Part shown: piece by piece, positions 51,709 to 64,000 of the stretch
How the letters are laid out: each line of letters begins with the position of its first letter
Numbering within the stretch: position 1 is the stretch's first letter
NCBI RefSeq assembly: GCF_006345805.1
Contig: NC_043000.1
Span: 56,048,001 to 56,112,000 of the forward strand
Reading direction: 5' to 3'
Source: Octopus sinensis
Lineage: Eukaryota
DNA length: 64,000 nt
The notes under the pieces: model-generated
Databases searched by the model: none
Told to the model about the DNA's origin: nothing
The model's input: only the letters and a program-made list of their open reading frames with translations
Made by a program: the position numbers and the translations under genes

Positions 51709-52100
51709 AGGCGCAGGCATGACTGTGTGGTAAGAAATTTGCTTCTCAACTACATGGTTCTGAGTTCAATCCCACTGTGTTGCACCTTAGGCAATTATCT
51801 TCTACTATAGCCTTGGGCCAACCAAAGCCTCGTGAATGGATTCGATAGATGGAAACTGAGAGAAATTTGTCATATACATGCATGTGTCTATGTGCGAGTG
51901 TCTTTGTGTCTGTGTTCATCCCCCTTCACCATCACTGCTTGACAACCGATGTTAGTGTGTTTACGTCCTTGTAACTTGGTGGTTTGGCAAAAGAGACTGA
52001 TAGAGTAAGTACTAGGCTGACAAAGAATAAGTCCTGGGGTTGATTTGTTCAACTAAAACCCTTCAATGCAGTGCTCTAGCATGGCCCCAGTTAAATGATT
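51709..52100 (+). mobile_element. SINE family B copy
   Basis: Full-length match. Confidence 0.85.
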
Positions 52101-53716
52101 GAAATGAGCAAAAGAGTAAGAGTTCCTCAATTTGCTACAAATACTGACTTTACTTAAACCCTTCTCTCTCTTTGGGAATATAGGCTATCACTGACTTTTC
52201 TCCACCCTGCTTGACTCTGGGCTATCTTTTCTGCTTCCCTGAGGGATGGCCTTCCTTTTGTTGATTCTGAATTATCATTACTGTTCCTGTAACTCGGCGT
52301 TTTTTCTAGGTAGGGATGTTGCTCCTAATCAAACCCATTTTTATCTCTGAGAAGAGGTGGTCCATATTAATTTGGCCTCTACCTTTTGCCTCTCCAACAT
52401 GAGAGACCCTACTAGGAACTTACACTCTGCTGATGTAGCTCTCAGGCTCATTGAGGCACATAATGAAGGGACTTCAATATGGCTATTCAACTTGCTGGAA
52501 ACAGCACTCAAAATTTCCTCAAACCATGCACTATCATTTTGAAAATATAAAAAAAGCTCCAGGTCAGTCTTAATCAAACATATGGCCAGAAGCAATCCAG
52601 CCATGACCATGTCATATTTTTTAAAAACATACTGCATCAAGGACTGAATTATTTATGTTGCTTTTTTTTGGGCAATATTTTTTATTATTTTCAAGATGAT
52701 AGTAAATGATTTGAGGGAATTTTGAGTGCTATTTCTAGCAAGTTAAACAACCATATTGAAGCCTCTTTATTGTTTGAGCACCATGTTGAGTATATAGCCA
52801 TGCAGAATTTGTTTTCATTTAGTCTTTACCATTGGCTTTTTTAAAACCTAAATTGAAGCCAAATGTAAACATGTTGTTTGTTTGTTTGTTTGTTTGTTTG
52901 TTTGTTTGTTTGTTTGTTGTATGTATGTATGTATGTATGTATGTATGTATGTATGTATGTATCTACGTACGTACATACGTATGTATGTATGCATGTACAT
53001 ATGCATGCATGCATGCATATATGTATATCATTACACAGTTTTATTTCAAGATTTTTATCTAATGAAGAAAGTTTCTAACCAGTTCTAACCAGTTTCTAAC
53101 CTAGATCCAAGGCTTCTTCATTGGAATTTCAACAATATCAACAGAGTATTTTTGTATATATGTATATATATGTGCATATATGTGCAGAGTTATATGTCTT
53201 GTTTTATGTAAGTATTCTCATGCATATAATTGCATGTCAAGATAAGCTCATTTGCATGTATGTATATTCATGTAAGCAATGATAGTCTTGTTACACAAAT
53301 TACAAATGCACTTGCAGTGTTTATTTTCTAAACTAATTATGTGGTATAATCAGAGATTTCAGCATTCATAAATTAATTATATTTATTAGACAGCTGCAAA
53401 AGACAGAAATGATTGTGATCAGAATAAAGAGAGATTAACTTGACAGCCAGTTTAAGTATCAGTATACTCTCACCAACAGTCATCTACCATACATTAACTG
53501 CCAATGCAGAATTGCATGTAAACTCACTGTTATAAATGTAAGATTGGTCATACAATGATAGGCATTTGCAGCTGTTTTATAGATCTAATTAATATAATTT
53601 ATGAGTGCAGTGACAACTATAATATATGCATGCAGGCATAATAATAGATACATGTCTGTGCAAATGTGTGAGTATATGTGCATGTGTGTGTGTGTGTGCG
53701 TGTGTGTGTGTGTGTG

Positions 53717-53930
53717 TATGAGGGGGTGTTGAAAAGTTCCTGGCTTTAAGGGTATTGCAAAAGGCCTGGTTAGAGGCCCAACCTTCTGAGTTCTTTTACA
53801 GGGCTTAGAAAAACTGAAGGACCACTGCAATAAGTGTGTGAATCTGAGAGAGGAATATGTTGAATAAAATCATAATTAATTTATCCTCCTGTATTTTCTT
53901 TTACCCAAAGCTGGGAACATTTCAACCCCA
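53717..53930 (+). mobile_element. mariner-derived MITE
   Basis: TA-TGAGGGGGTGTTGAAAAGTTCCTGGCTTT ... AAAGCTGGGAACATTTCAACCCC TIRs. Internal GLEKLKDHCNKCVNLREEYVE* resembles the mariner C-terminus. Confidence 0.65.
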
Positions 53931-53944
53931 ATTTTTATAGCTTT

Positions 53945-54292
53945 TACCTTTTACTTGTTTCAGTCATAAGACTGTGGCCATACCAAGGCACCGCCTTAAG
54001 GAATTTTTAGTATTTATATTTTTACACCCTGATGCTTATTCTATAAGTCTCTTTTGCTGAACCACTATGTTATGGGAATGTAAACACACTAACACCAGTT
54101 GTCAAGAAGTAGTGAGGGACAAACACATAGAAATACACACACACACATATGACAGGTTTCTTTCAGTTTCTGTGTATCAAATCCACTCGCTAGGCTATAG
54201 TGGAAGACACTGGCCCAAGGTGCCATGCAGTGGCACTGAACCTGGATCCATTTGGTTGGGAAGCATACTTCTTACCACACAGCCATACCTGT
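53945..54292 (-). mobile_element. SINE family B copy
   Basis: Reverse-complement match. Confidence 0.8.
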
Positions 54293-55903
54293 GCTTATAT
54301 ATGTTTATATTTGTAGGCAAAGGATATGTTTGATTAAATTGAACCCACCAATAGATTGGGACTTTGTTTTATCGACCACTCACACTGAAGAATGAAAAGG
54401 AAAGTTACCTTGGTGGGTATGAACTCAGAATGCAAAGAGCCACATCTATATACTGCAAGATATTTTGTTAAATGCCCCCCTGGTTCTGTCAGTCCACTGC
54501 CTTTACTAAAGCAGATATAAAGAGATCTAAGACTATGGACTAGCAAAAGTATGAGAGCATCAGATAAAAGTTCTTACAGCATTTAATTACAGTCCTCTGC
54601 ATTTTGAGTTCAAATCCCTCCAAGGTCAACTTTACCTTTCATCATTCAAAAATCAACAGAATAAAGTACCAGTCAACAATTGGTGTCAATATAATAGATG
54701 TTACCTCTCCACTAATTTGAGGTCCTGCCCCTATTTTTTATAAAAATCAATGTAGTGACAGAAATTACCCAAAGTAATCATACTAGGTTTAAACACAATA
54801 TCTATGAGACTGTAGACCAATACTATATCCATTTAAACATTTAACCTTATCTTGCTCTGATGTAATGATATAGTTATAATAAAGTCGCCCAAGATCTCAA
54901 TTTCACACTTGTACTGAGCATAGACCTAGAAAGTGATCAATATCTATCAATCTCCAGACACATAAACTTAGTTTTCCCTTTTTTGCTTTTGTTCTGCTTT
55001 TCTATGCTATGCTCTCTCAGACAATCTATAATTTGTAAACCAAATGAGAAATGAAAGTGCCTCATTTACATAGCCTTTCAGATCTCTCTGTGTTGATTTA
55101 GTTAAGTCTATGTTTTTAAAGAATTCATTTGTCACTAATCACTGTTAGGTATGTTAGACAAAAGCATTTTTAATTGAAATCATGTATTTATCTGATAAGC
55201 TGAAATTTCTTGATAGGAGTTGAGTAATGGTTCTTCGAAATTTTGGAATGGATCCAAAACAATAGAAAGTCTCCTGAGATAAGTAGGAGAAGGCAAAGAT
55301 AATAGCTGTTAATAGTTCATTTGTGATGAATAGAAGACAAATGGCATTTGTTAATTGCATTGTATGTGATTAAGTGTAACTTCATATTTCAATCAATATA
55401 GTTATTTCCATAACCAATAATTAAAATTTATCAGCCTAAAGGAGTTATTGAAACACTTTTAGAAATAATTACCATTAAGTTCTCATTATATTGCTCCAAG
55501 ACAAATATCTGTTCTGCTTAACTGCCAAAATGGTTAAATACAAAGATTTTGGGATATACAAAAACTGTTGTTTTCTTTTCTGTTTTAGGATTTCATTGAT
55601 GTCAGAACTGTGGAGACTTATTTTATACAAGACAAAGTTGAAAACTTCTACAAATTTGCTGACGAAATCAATTTATCTTTCAATTATGATTTTGTTTTTA
55701 TTATCTGTTTGCTTTGTTTAAAGATTCTTTAAATCATATTGATTTTGGTTTAAACTTTTAAATAAATTTTAACATCAAACATTTGCATCAGGTTTTCCAA
55801 TCTAGTACTCTTCTATTGTTTTCAGTCATTGGATTTTGGCCATGCTGGAGTACTACCTTCAAAGGTTTTATTCAAGTATTTGGCATATCAGCAATGATTA
55901 ACG

Positions 55904-56340
55904 TAGGCACAGGTGTGGCTGTGTGGTAAGAAGCTTGCTTTCTAACCACATGGTTCCAGGTTCAGTTTCACTGCATGGCACTTTGGGCAAGTGTCTTCTA
56001 CTATAGCCTCAAGCCACCCAAAGCCTTGTGAGTATATTTGGCAGATGGAAACTGAAAGAAGTCTGTTATATATATATATATATATATATAATTTATGTGT
56101 GTGTCTTTGTGTCTGTGTTTGACCCCACCATCATTGCTTGACAACCGATGCTGATGTGTTTATGTCCCCATAACTTAGCAGTTCAGCAAAAGAGATTGAA
56201 AGGATAAGTACTAGGCTTACAAAGAATAAGTACAGGGGTCAATTTTTTCAACTAAAACCCCTTAAGAAGGTTCTGCAGCATGGCCACAGTCAAATTACTG
56301 AAATGTGTAAAAGAATTTAAAAAATGGATAAAAGAATATG
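55904..56340 (+). mobile_element. SINE family B copy
   Basis: Full-length match. Further partial copies at ~21200-21362(-), 44160-44782(-, interrupted), 57285-57500(-), 59395-59550(-), 62540-62760(+). Confidence 0.85.
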
Positions 56341-56585
56341 TATACACAAACATAGACTGATATATAAAGACTGGTATACACAAATACAGAGAAATACATA
56401 TTTAGCTACAACTGTTCAAGAATACTGCATACTGACCGGGCAGCAATGTTCAGACCATGAATGAATGTATGCCCTACAGGAGCTTGGGGAAGATGAATTG
56501 CAGTATTCCTTCCTCCTGGAATCGAGAAGGATTGAGCAAGAGGAGAACAATCACTTCTCATAGAAATATATATATATATAATCTA

Positions 56586-56720
56586 TTATTCTTAAACAAG
56601 AATGCTGTTGACAGTGACATCGAAGTTGGCCAGTTAAGCCATCGCTGAACTGCAGCCCAACAATGGCTTAGCTGGTCAACACTTTGAAGTCACTGTCGAC
56701 AACATTCTTGTTTAAGAATA

Positions 56721-56721
<1 letters not shown>
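56586..56721. mobile_element. Palindromic hairpin element/MITE inserted in (TA)n
   Basis: ~57-bp imperfect inverted arms (TTATTCTTAAACAAGAATG... / ...CATTCTTGTTTAAGAATAA) around a ~20-nt spacer. Confidence 0.7.
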
Positions 56722-56757
<36 letters not shown>

Positions 56758-58091
56758 AAAAATAGAGAGAGAGAAAGAGATGACAGACAGACAGTCACTC
56801 ATATAAGTGTGAGTCAAAAAGTAATGCAACTTTTATTTGCATTATTTCCTGATTTGCCTTCACATAAAATAAAAGTAAGAAAAACAAGAGGAAAAATATG
56901 AAGTGGTACTAGGTACTATGCACTGTTAAGAGTACAGTCAACACAATAGAAAGATGTAAAGAACAAACCAGAACACTAAATCTACCTATATACTTAAAGC
57001 AGCACGCTCTGTTGTGGCTGGCTGTGCTATGAAAGCACACAATAAAAATAAGACTGGTTGGATTAATAATGTACGATTATTCACAGAAATTAATAATCAT
57101 GAAATAATGATACCAACAAAATGTATATATAAATCTAATGCTTATAGTAAAATATCAGAATAAAAGAAATAGAAATTTTATTTCACTGACACAATGTGTG
57201 TGTGTGTGCGTGTGTGTCTGCCTAAAAACTATATGTATCTATCTATACACACACACACATTCATATATATATATATATATATATATTCTTTTATTCTTTT
57301 ACACATTTCAGTCATTTGGAGCACCGCCTTGAAGGGTTTTAGTCCAACAAATCAACCTCAGGACTTACTCTTTGTAAGCCTTGTACTTGTTCTATTATTC
57401 ACTTTTGCTGAACCACTAAGTTACGGGGCACATAAACACACCAGCATTGGTTGCCAAATGATGGTGTGGGGGGAAAAACACAGACACACACACTCACGCA
57501 TAAACATAATTGAAGACACATACTCAAAGTATGTGCTTTGCTTGTTCGCCAGTAGGCTGTGAAATTTGGTGCAGTGGAGATGACTCCCTCAATGTGCTAG
57601 GTGTTAAAACATCTGAAAGTTATGGAATAGGAGAAAGATAATAATGCTTTTAGACATATATGTTCATGATGGGTTTCCATACCATTTTCATCAACTAAAT
57701 TTCACTCACAAACTACTGGTCAATGTAAGGCTCTTTCATAAAGTATTACACAGTATGATTTAAACTGACACCACTAGATTGGTGGACCAAAATTTTTACT
57801 CACACAAACCAAGCCTATAATTATGCATACTTACATATATAATTACCTTGGCACAAAACTGTAACTCTTTATTAAGATATATTAAATACATTGTAATATA
57901 GGTGGCTATAGCAATTAAAGCCAAAAAGATAAAATTAATAAATGAGGGGGCAAGACACCACCTACAATTGCTAGAAATGAGAGCCAAAATTTAACTCAGC
58001 ATACAAAAGTTAGTGCTTTCATGTGGCTGTTCAAGTTAAATTTTGGCTCTCATTTCTAGCAATTGCAGGTGCTATTTTGCACTCTTTTTTG

Positions 58092-58140
<49 letters not shown>

Positions 58141-59096
58141 TATCATCATCATCATCATCATCGTCGTCATCGTAGTCATTTAACATCCACTTTCCATGTT
58201 GGCATGGGTTGGACAGTTTGACTGAGGACTGGCAAGCCAGGTGGTTGTACCAGGCTCCAATCTGATCTGGCAAAGCTTCTACAGCTGGATACCCTTCCTA
58301 ATGCCAACCACTCAAGGAGTGTAGTGGGTGCTTTTTACATGCCACTGGCATGGGGGCTTTTTACATGTCAGCAGCAGGAGAGCCAGTTGAATGGTGCTTT
58401 TTTACGTGCCACTGGCACAGGTGTGAGTCAGGCAATACTGATATCGGCCACAACAATGACTTCACTTGACTCAACTGGTCTTCTATCAACCCCTTGCCCA
58501 TGCAGTGGTCATCCATGACTGATGGGGGAATCTACACCCCAGCATGTTTTAGATAATGAACAAAAATTTCCATCATACAGTCTGCTAACAAACACCTATC
58601 AAGACACCTGCTTGGCAATAGGCTTGTAAAACCTAACACTCTAGTATCCCATATCTTAATGTAACCATGATGACAGATCTTACTGTCATTATCTTCCAAT
58701 CATAAATCATAAATTATATACTTGTAAGAATTTCATGACATGAGTGTGCCATGATGAGAAAGGGTCCCCCCTCTCTCTCTCTCTGTATATACCTGCACAT
58801 CTGCTGATGTTAGCAAGTGTAGTCTCCTTCTCTTTAAACTTAACACCATCTAATCTTTCTTTAACATGTCTTATCTGCTCTCTAGTTTTCCTTATATTTT
58901 TCTTATATATATTTTTTTATGGCTTATATTTTTATGTTAACAATTATTTTGTTTATGGAGATGTACTTGCACAGCAAGTGATCTGATCTGAGATCGTATG
59001 CTGGAACGAAAATAATTGCTGGGTGGAAGGTGTTTATAAGCTATTTAAGAAACACACAAAATCCGTTAGATTCACTTCAACATTTAAATTTAATTT

Positions 59097-59141
59097 GTCA
59101 AAATATTTTCGTCGCTTTGAGACCGCAACCTGTTCACTGAC
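59097..59141 (-). ncRNA. Minimal type-I hammerhead-like motif with a G3-C8 core variant
   Basis: GUCA-GUGAACA-G-GUUGC(GGUCUCAAA)GCGAC-GAAA-AUAU-U-U-UGAC. Stem I extends to 7 bp; stem III is palindromic (AAAUAUUU). Confidence 0.5.
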
Positions 59142-62100
59142 AAAATTCCATGCTGCATCTCATATTTTGCTATGACTATTTAATATAAGCACAACTGTAG
59201 CTAGCTCAGACAGTTTGACATGGAGTTGGCTAACAGGGAGCAGTCCAAACTCCAACTGTCTGTTGTGGCATAGTTTCTATGGTTGGATGCCCCTTCCTAA
59301 TGCCAACCTTGAATATATAAACATTATCAATGTCACATACTTACTGTATGTGTTTTGTTTATGAGCTCAAAATTTTATACATATACATGTATATAAATTA
59401 TGGACTTCTTTCAGTTTCTGCATACTGAATCTACTAACCAGGCTTTGGTCAGCACAGGGCTGTAGTAGAAGACAATTACCAAGGTGCCATGTAGTGGGAC
59501 TGAACCCAAAACTATGCAGTCGGGAAGCTAGCTTCTGAACCACACTAGCAGTCACACATATGATTCTTTCTCTTACTGTATTGTCTCTCATTTCTCCATG
59601 TGTGTGTGTGTGTGTGTGCAACATATATATATTTCATATACTTGTATATGTATTTTATATACATATATATATATATTTTATATACATATACATATTTTAA
59701 TAAATGTACATTATATCATAATATATCTATATATATATATATATACATACACGTAATTTTATATATATATATCCTTGTACATACAAGTACACACATACAC
59801 ACACACACATATGTATTTATATATATATATGTATACACAGACATACATCTGTGTGTATAATCAATAAATCAATTTCATAAGTTGTTAGTAAAAAAATCAA
59901 GCGATGTTCCCTCGAGAAGTGATTTTAAACAGGCCTGTGTTAAAGGTGAACAGAACACTCTGCTACTTTTATTTAGTTCTAATTCATTCATTAATCGATC
60001 ACAGTAAATATCCTTGATACAAAACTAATAGATGAATAAATGAATTAGTTTGGTGGCACCAAAGCTAGCTTACAATCATGGCCTCTTGAACTTCACTCAA
60101 TTAGTTTTAAATTTCATATTCTTACATTTCAGCATATGTAAATTTTCACCAATTAAATTGTCTCTTTTCTGTTTATTTTTTATTTTTAAACTAGAAGAAA
60201 AAAATTTTATAAAAATAAATTTGTAACATCCCCAACTTCTCACCACTACTCCCACATACAAAATAGAATATATATAAACAAGAAGAAATATAAAATAATA
60301 GTACAGAAATTATAATGATTTTAGTGTCTTACTTCGGCACAAGGTCAAGTATGTCATTATTGATCAAATATCTGCAAAGACCTATTTTGGTAGAGAAGAA
60401 TCCAGCCAAAGTGGAAGCTCATCAATTGTTCCTAGAGTGTAACAGGAGGATAACTTGTCTTGCCAAACTTTTAATTTTCACTTAACCCTTTTGATACTAG
60501 TCAACTTGGGGACCACCCTGATGTCTAGGATATGATAGAAAGTTAAGTAATTCCCTGAACATTTTCCCCCATCGAGGCACCAGAATTATTTTGTTTTTTA
60601 CCAATCTTTTCCACTCCTCCCAGTCTTGAACTTTCTTAATGCATTCAACTAGTCTCAAATAGCATGTAACTATTGGTTTCAAATTTTGGCACAAGGAAGC
60701 CAGCAATTTTGGGGGAGGGGCAAGTTGGTTACATCAACCCCTGTATTCACCTGGTACTCATTTTATCAATCCTGAAGGGGTGAAAGGCAAAGTCGACCTC
60801 AACAGAATTTGAACTCAGAACATGAAGTCATACAAAATACAATGAAGTGTTTACTTGACATGCTAACGATTCTGCCAGCTTGCAACCTTGAAACACAGTT
60901 AAATAATAGTGTTACTTTCAAAGGGCTTGGTGATTGTCATTTGTCCAAATCCTTCTCAGAAAATCTGTGCAGTTGGCTCTGTAAAATGTACATTATTCTT
61001 TATCAGACTTTGTTTTTTAAATCTTGCTTCATATCCATGCACCTTCCTCGTTGGGCAATCCCAAGAGGGGGCTAGTTTTTTTGTTGGTGATACTGGACTA
61101 CATGGCTACCTGTAGCAGTTTTCCATCAATCTAATTGCAGACCTGACGTGAATAATACGAAAAGCACCTGTTTGAAAGTGTTTCTAATACTAAATTCTTT
61201 TCTACTCTATGCAGAAGGCCTGAAATTTTGGGGGAAGGAGCCAGTTGATTAGATTGACTTCAGTACGCAACTGAATTTATCAACCCCAAAAGGATGAAAG
61301 GCAAAGTCGACCTCGGCAGAATTTGAACTCGGTATGTAAAGACAGACGAAATACCTATATCTTTACTACCCACAAGGGGCTAAACACAGAGAGGACAAAC
61401 AAGGACAGACAAATGGATTAAGTTGATTATATTGACCCCAGTGCGTAACTGGTACTTATTTAATCGACCCCGAAAAGATGAAAGGCAAAGTCGACCTCGG
61501 CGGAATTTGAATTCAGAACATAGCAGCAGACGAAATACTGCTAAGCATTTCATCCAGTGTGCTAACGATTCTGCCAGCTCGCCGCCTTTGCCAACTCACC
61601 ACATCTAATACTAAATTAAAATGCCCCATCATAATTTTATGGAAGAACTTTATGATTGAAGTTATATTCCAACAACTAGCATAATTATAAGAAATTTTAT
61701 TTTACTCTCCAAATTATTGTTTATTTTTTAAACAATTAAAACATATAGGTAATGTATTTCTTTACAATCAATATATTAATATTGATGATATATTAATATC
61801 ATCAAGAAGTATTTCATTGAGAGCAGTTGTCAACTCTCATTTGCAATTACTATCTTATTTTATTCTATTTTCATTCTCACGTTCTTGCAGAAAAAGAGCT
61901 GCTGTACAATAACCTACCCTGCTAGAAATAGCAGACAACTATCCCATATGGTTTTACAATATATTGGAGCTTGATGCAGTCCTCTTACTTGCCTGATGTT
62001 AAATGATCAAGATCATAATGTTGTTATAAAATATGAATGATGAAAGTAAATTTTGTTTTATAATTGGAAGTGATTCTTGTGACCATTTGCAACTACAGTT

Positions 62101-62213
62101 TTATTACTACAAATGAATAGTTATTTGTTCCTTACATTGATGACCCCCATATACATACATACAAACATACATATATACATATTATATATATATACATATA
62201 TGTGTGTGTGTGT

Positions 62214-62511
62214 GTGGAGGCCCAGTAGTTAGGGCAGCGGACTCAAAGTCGTAGGATCGCAGTTTCGATTCCCAGACCGGGCATTGTGAGTGTTTATTGA
62301 GCGAAAACACCTAAAGCTCCACGAGGTTCTGGCAGGGGGTGGTGGCAATCCCTGCTGTACTCTTTCGACACAACTTTCTCTCATTCTTTCTTCTGTTGGC
62401 CTGCTTGCTTAGCCAGCGGGGTGGCGTCATTTGGAGGCTAAAACAATGCGAATGCATTGTGACCAGCGATGTGTAGCAACATCTGATAGCCTGGTCGGTC
62501 ATGGCGGCGGC

Positions 62512-62512
<1 letters not shown>
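62214..62512 (+). mobile_element. tRNA-derived SINE family C (related head, different tail)
   Basis: tggaggcccagtagttagggcagcggactc...gtttcgattcccagaccggg. Confidence 0.75.
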
Positions 62513-62558
<46 letters not shown>

Positions 62559-62887
62559 CAAGCATGTGAATGTCTTTGCGTTTGTCCTCCCACCACTTGG
62601 CAACTAGTGTTGGTTTGTTTACATCCCTGTAACATAGCAGGTGAACAAAAAGGGAAAATAAAACAAGTATAAGAATTAACAAAAATGTACTAGGGTCAAT
62701 TTGTTTGATTAAACCCATATATGGTGGGTCCCCAACATGGTTCAGAATCTAACAACAAAAGGAATAAAAGAATAAATGTTATCCAGATATTACTCAACAT
62801 CAGATATTTCAGATTTATTTCTTTTGTTTTAATAAATCATTTACTTTCCTTGTAAACATAATTCAAGCTTTAATTACATAAATAATA

Positions 62888-63452
62888 CAGGGTGTCCATA
62901 AAGACTCTTTACAATTTAAAAAAATTATTACAAAGGCAGTTGATGAGATATTTTAACCAGATTTATTTTATTTTAATAACTGTTCATTAAAGTTTTTATT
63001 GATATTAAATTTTTGTGTTTCAGATACTCAGTTGATGGAAGGGAACTGATTCACTGAATCAGTTTGTCAATCAAACATTTCCCGACCGATGGATTGAAAG
63101 GGATGGGCCAATTCTATAGTCACTGCGTTCACCAGATATCATTCCATTGGACTTCTTTTCATGGGGTTATGTAAAAGATATCGTGTATCAAACAAAGATG
63201 CAGGACATTGCTGACTTGAAGCAAAGGATTCGTAATGCCATTGCCACAGTTGATGAGGCTATCCTACAGTGAATATGGCAAGAAATCAAGTACTATCTTG
63301 ATGTGCTTCACACAAATAATGGTGCCCATATTGAGGTCTATTAAATAACAGTTAACAAAACTTTAATAAACAATTATTACAATAAAACAAATCTGGTCAA
63401 CTGCCTTTGTAATAAAATTTTAAAATTGTAAAGTGACTTAATAGACACCCTG
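62888..63452 (+). mobile_element. 565-bp deletion derivative of a Tc1/mariner (rosa/DD41D-like) transposon
   Basis: TA TSDs (62886-87, 63453-54) and long TIRs starting CAGGGTGTC. Internal FPDRWIERDGPIL*SLRSPDIIPLDFFSWGYVKDIVY...NNGAHIEVY matches the WPPRSPDLTPLDFFLWGYVK motif. Confidence 0.85.
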
Positions 63453-64000
63453 TAAATTAGAAAGGATTTTCTGATAAATCTGGAAGAAAGGTCTTGTTTG
63501 AGTAAATGACCATAGTAAACAGAAACAGATATTTATAATTGAAAAATGAGCCAAAGAATGAGGTCTGTATGTGGTCCATCGACATGCTAGAAATTGTAGT
63601 CAAATCTCCCTCAAATCAATTCCTTCCACCTTTAACAACAAAAAACGAGTGTACATAGGATAATTTGGTCTTAGAGATAATATATGTGAAAATATGATAA
63701 AAAGGCCAAGGCTGGGATGACATTGATCATAGGTCTACTTCATCAGGACTAACTTGGTGGGGACAGTGGTGGGGAGGCACACAATAACCTACAACAACAT
63801 AATTGACGAAGTTTCAACATTTGATTGATAAAGTTATTAATGTGTATTCAACAACTAAATAGGTTACAACAGGTCAGATGGATTCATCAGTAATAGAAAG
63901 AATAATAATAGGAGAAAGAGAGATAGACATAGTGAGAGAAAAAGAGGAAGATGGACAGAGAGAGAGAGAGAAAGGGGGAGAGTGAGAGAGAGAGAGTATG

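Noticed and set aside
52341-52640. 99-aa minus-strand ORF with a gtaagt donor, tested as a PDSS2 exon
   Set aside because: It is a recurring repeat (related pieces at ~52690 and ~63560-63720) with no PDSS2 similarity.
55140-55330. Minus-strand frame containing LLISGDFLL, resembling PDSS2 ILSGDFLL
   Set aside because: Surrounding residues do not match, the frame closes quickly, and there are no suitable splice sites.

Overview
AT-rich, microsatellite-saturated eukaryotic DNA. The tRNA-derived SINE families and repeat landscape look like an octopod cephalopod (Octopus sp.); this is recognition-based inference. Nearly all long ORFs in the supplied track are microsatellite or repeat artefacts. 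The only confidently identifiable host coding sequence is the last exon of a decaprenyl-diphosphate synthase subunit 2 (PDSS2) gene on the minus strand (36167-36319). I could not find an upstream PDSS2 exon in the remaining ~27.7 kb, which is probably one large intron. The rest is a transposon graveyard: a decayed 2.8-kb hATm-type DNA transposon with ~290-bp TIRs; mariner/Tc1, pogo-like and TTAA-ended MITEs; RTE and CR1/L2-like LINE fragments; at least five SINE families; and a cluster of at least seven co-oriented R4/Dong-type (RLE) retrotransposon fragments embedded in (TAA)n tracts at 27.7-32.8 kb. The most unusual signals are three minimal type-I hammerhead-ribozyme-like motifs in Penelope-like repeats. 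One (59097-59141, minus) has a complete hammerhead fold but a swapped G3-C8 pair in place of the conserved C3-G8 core pair. There are also several fold-back palindromes, and a CpG-retaining island at 27.3-27.7 kb that may mark an unannotated plus-strand gene. Repeat boundaries are approximate except where TIRs/TSDs are quoted.
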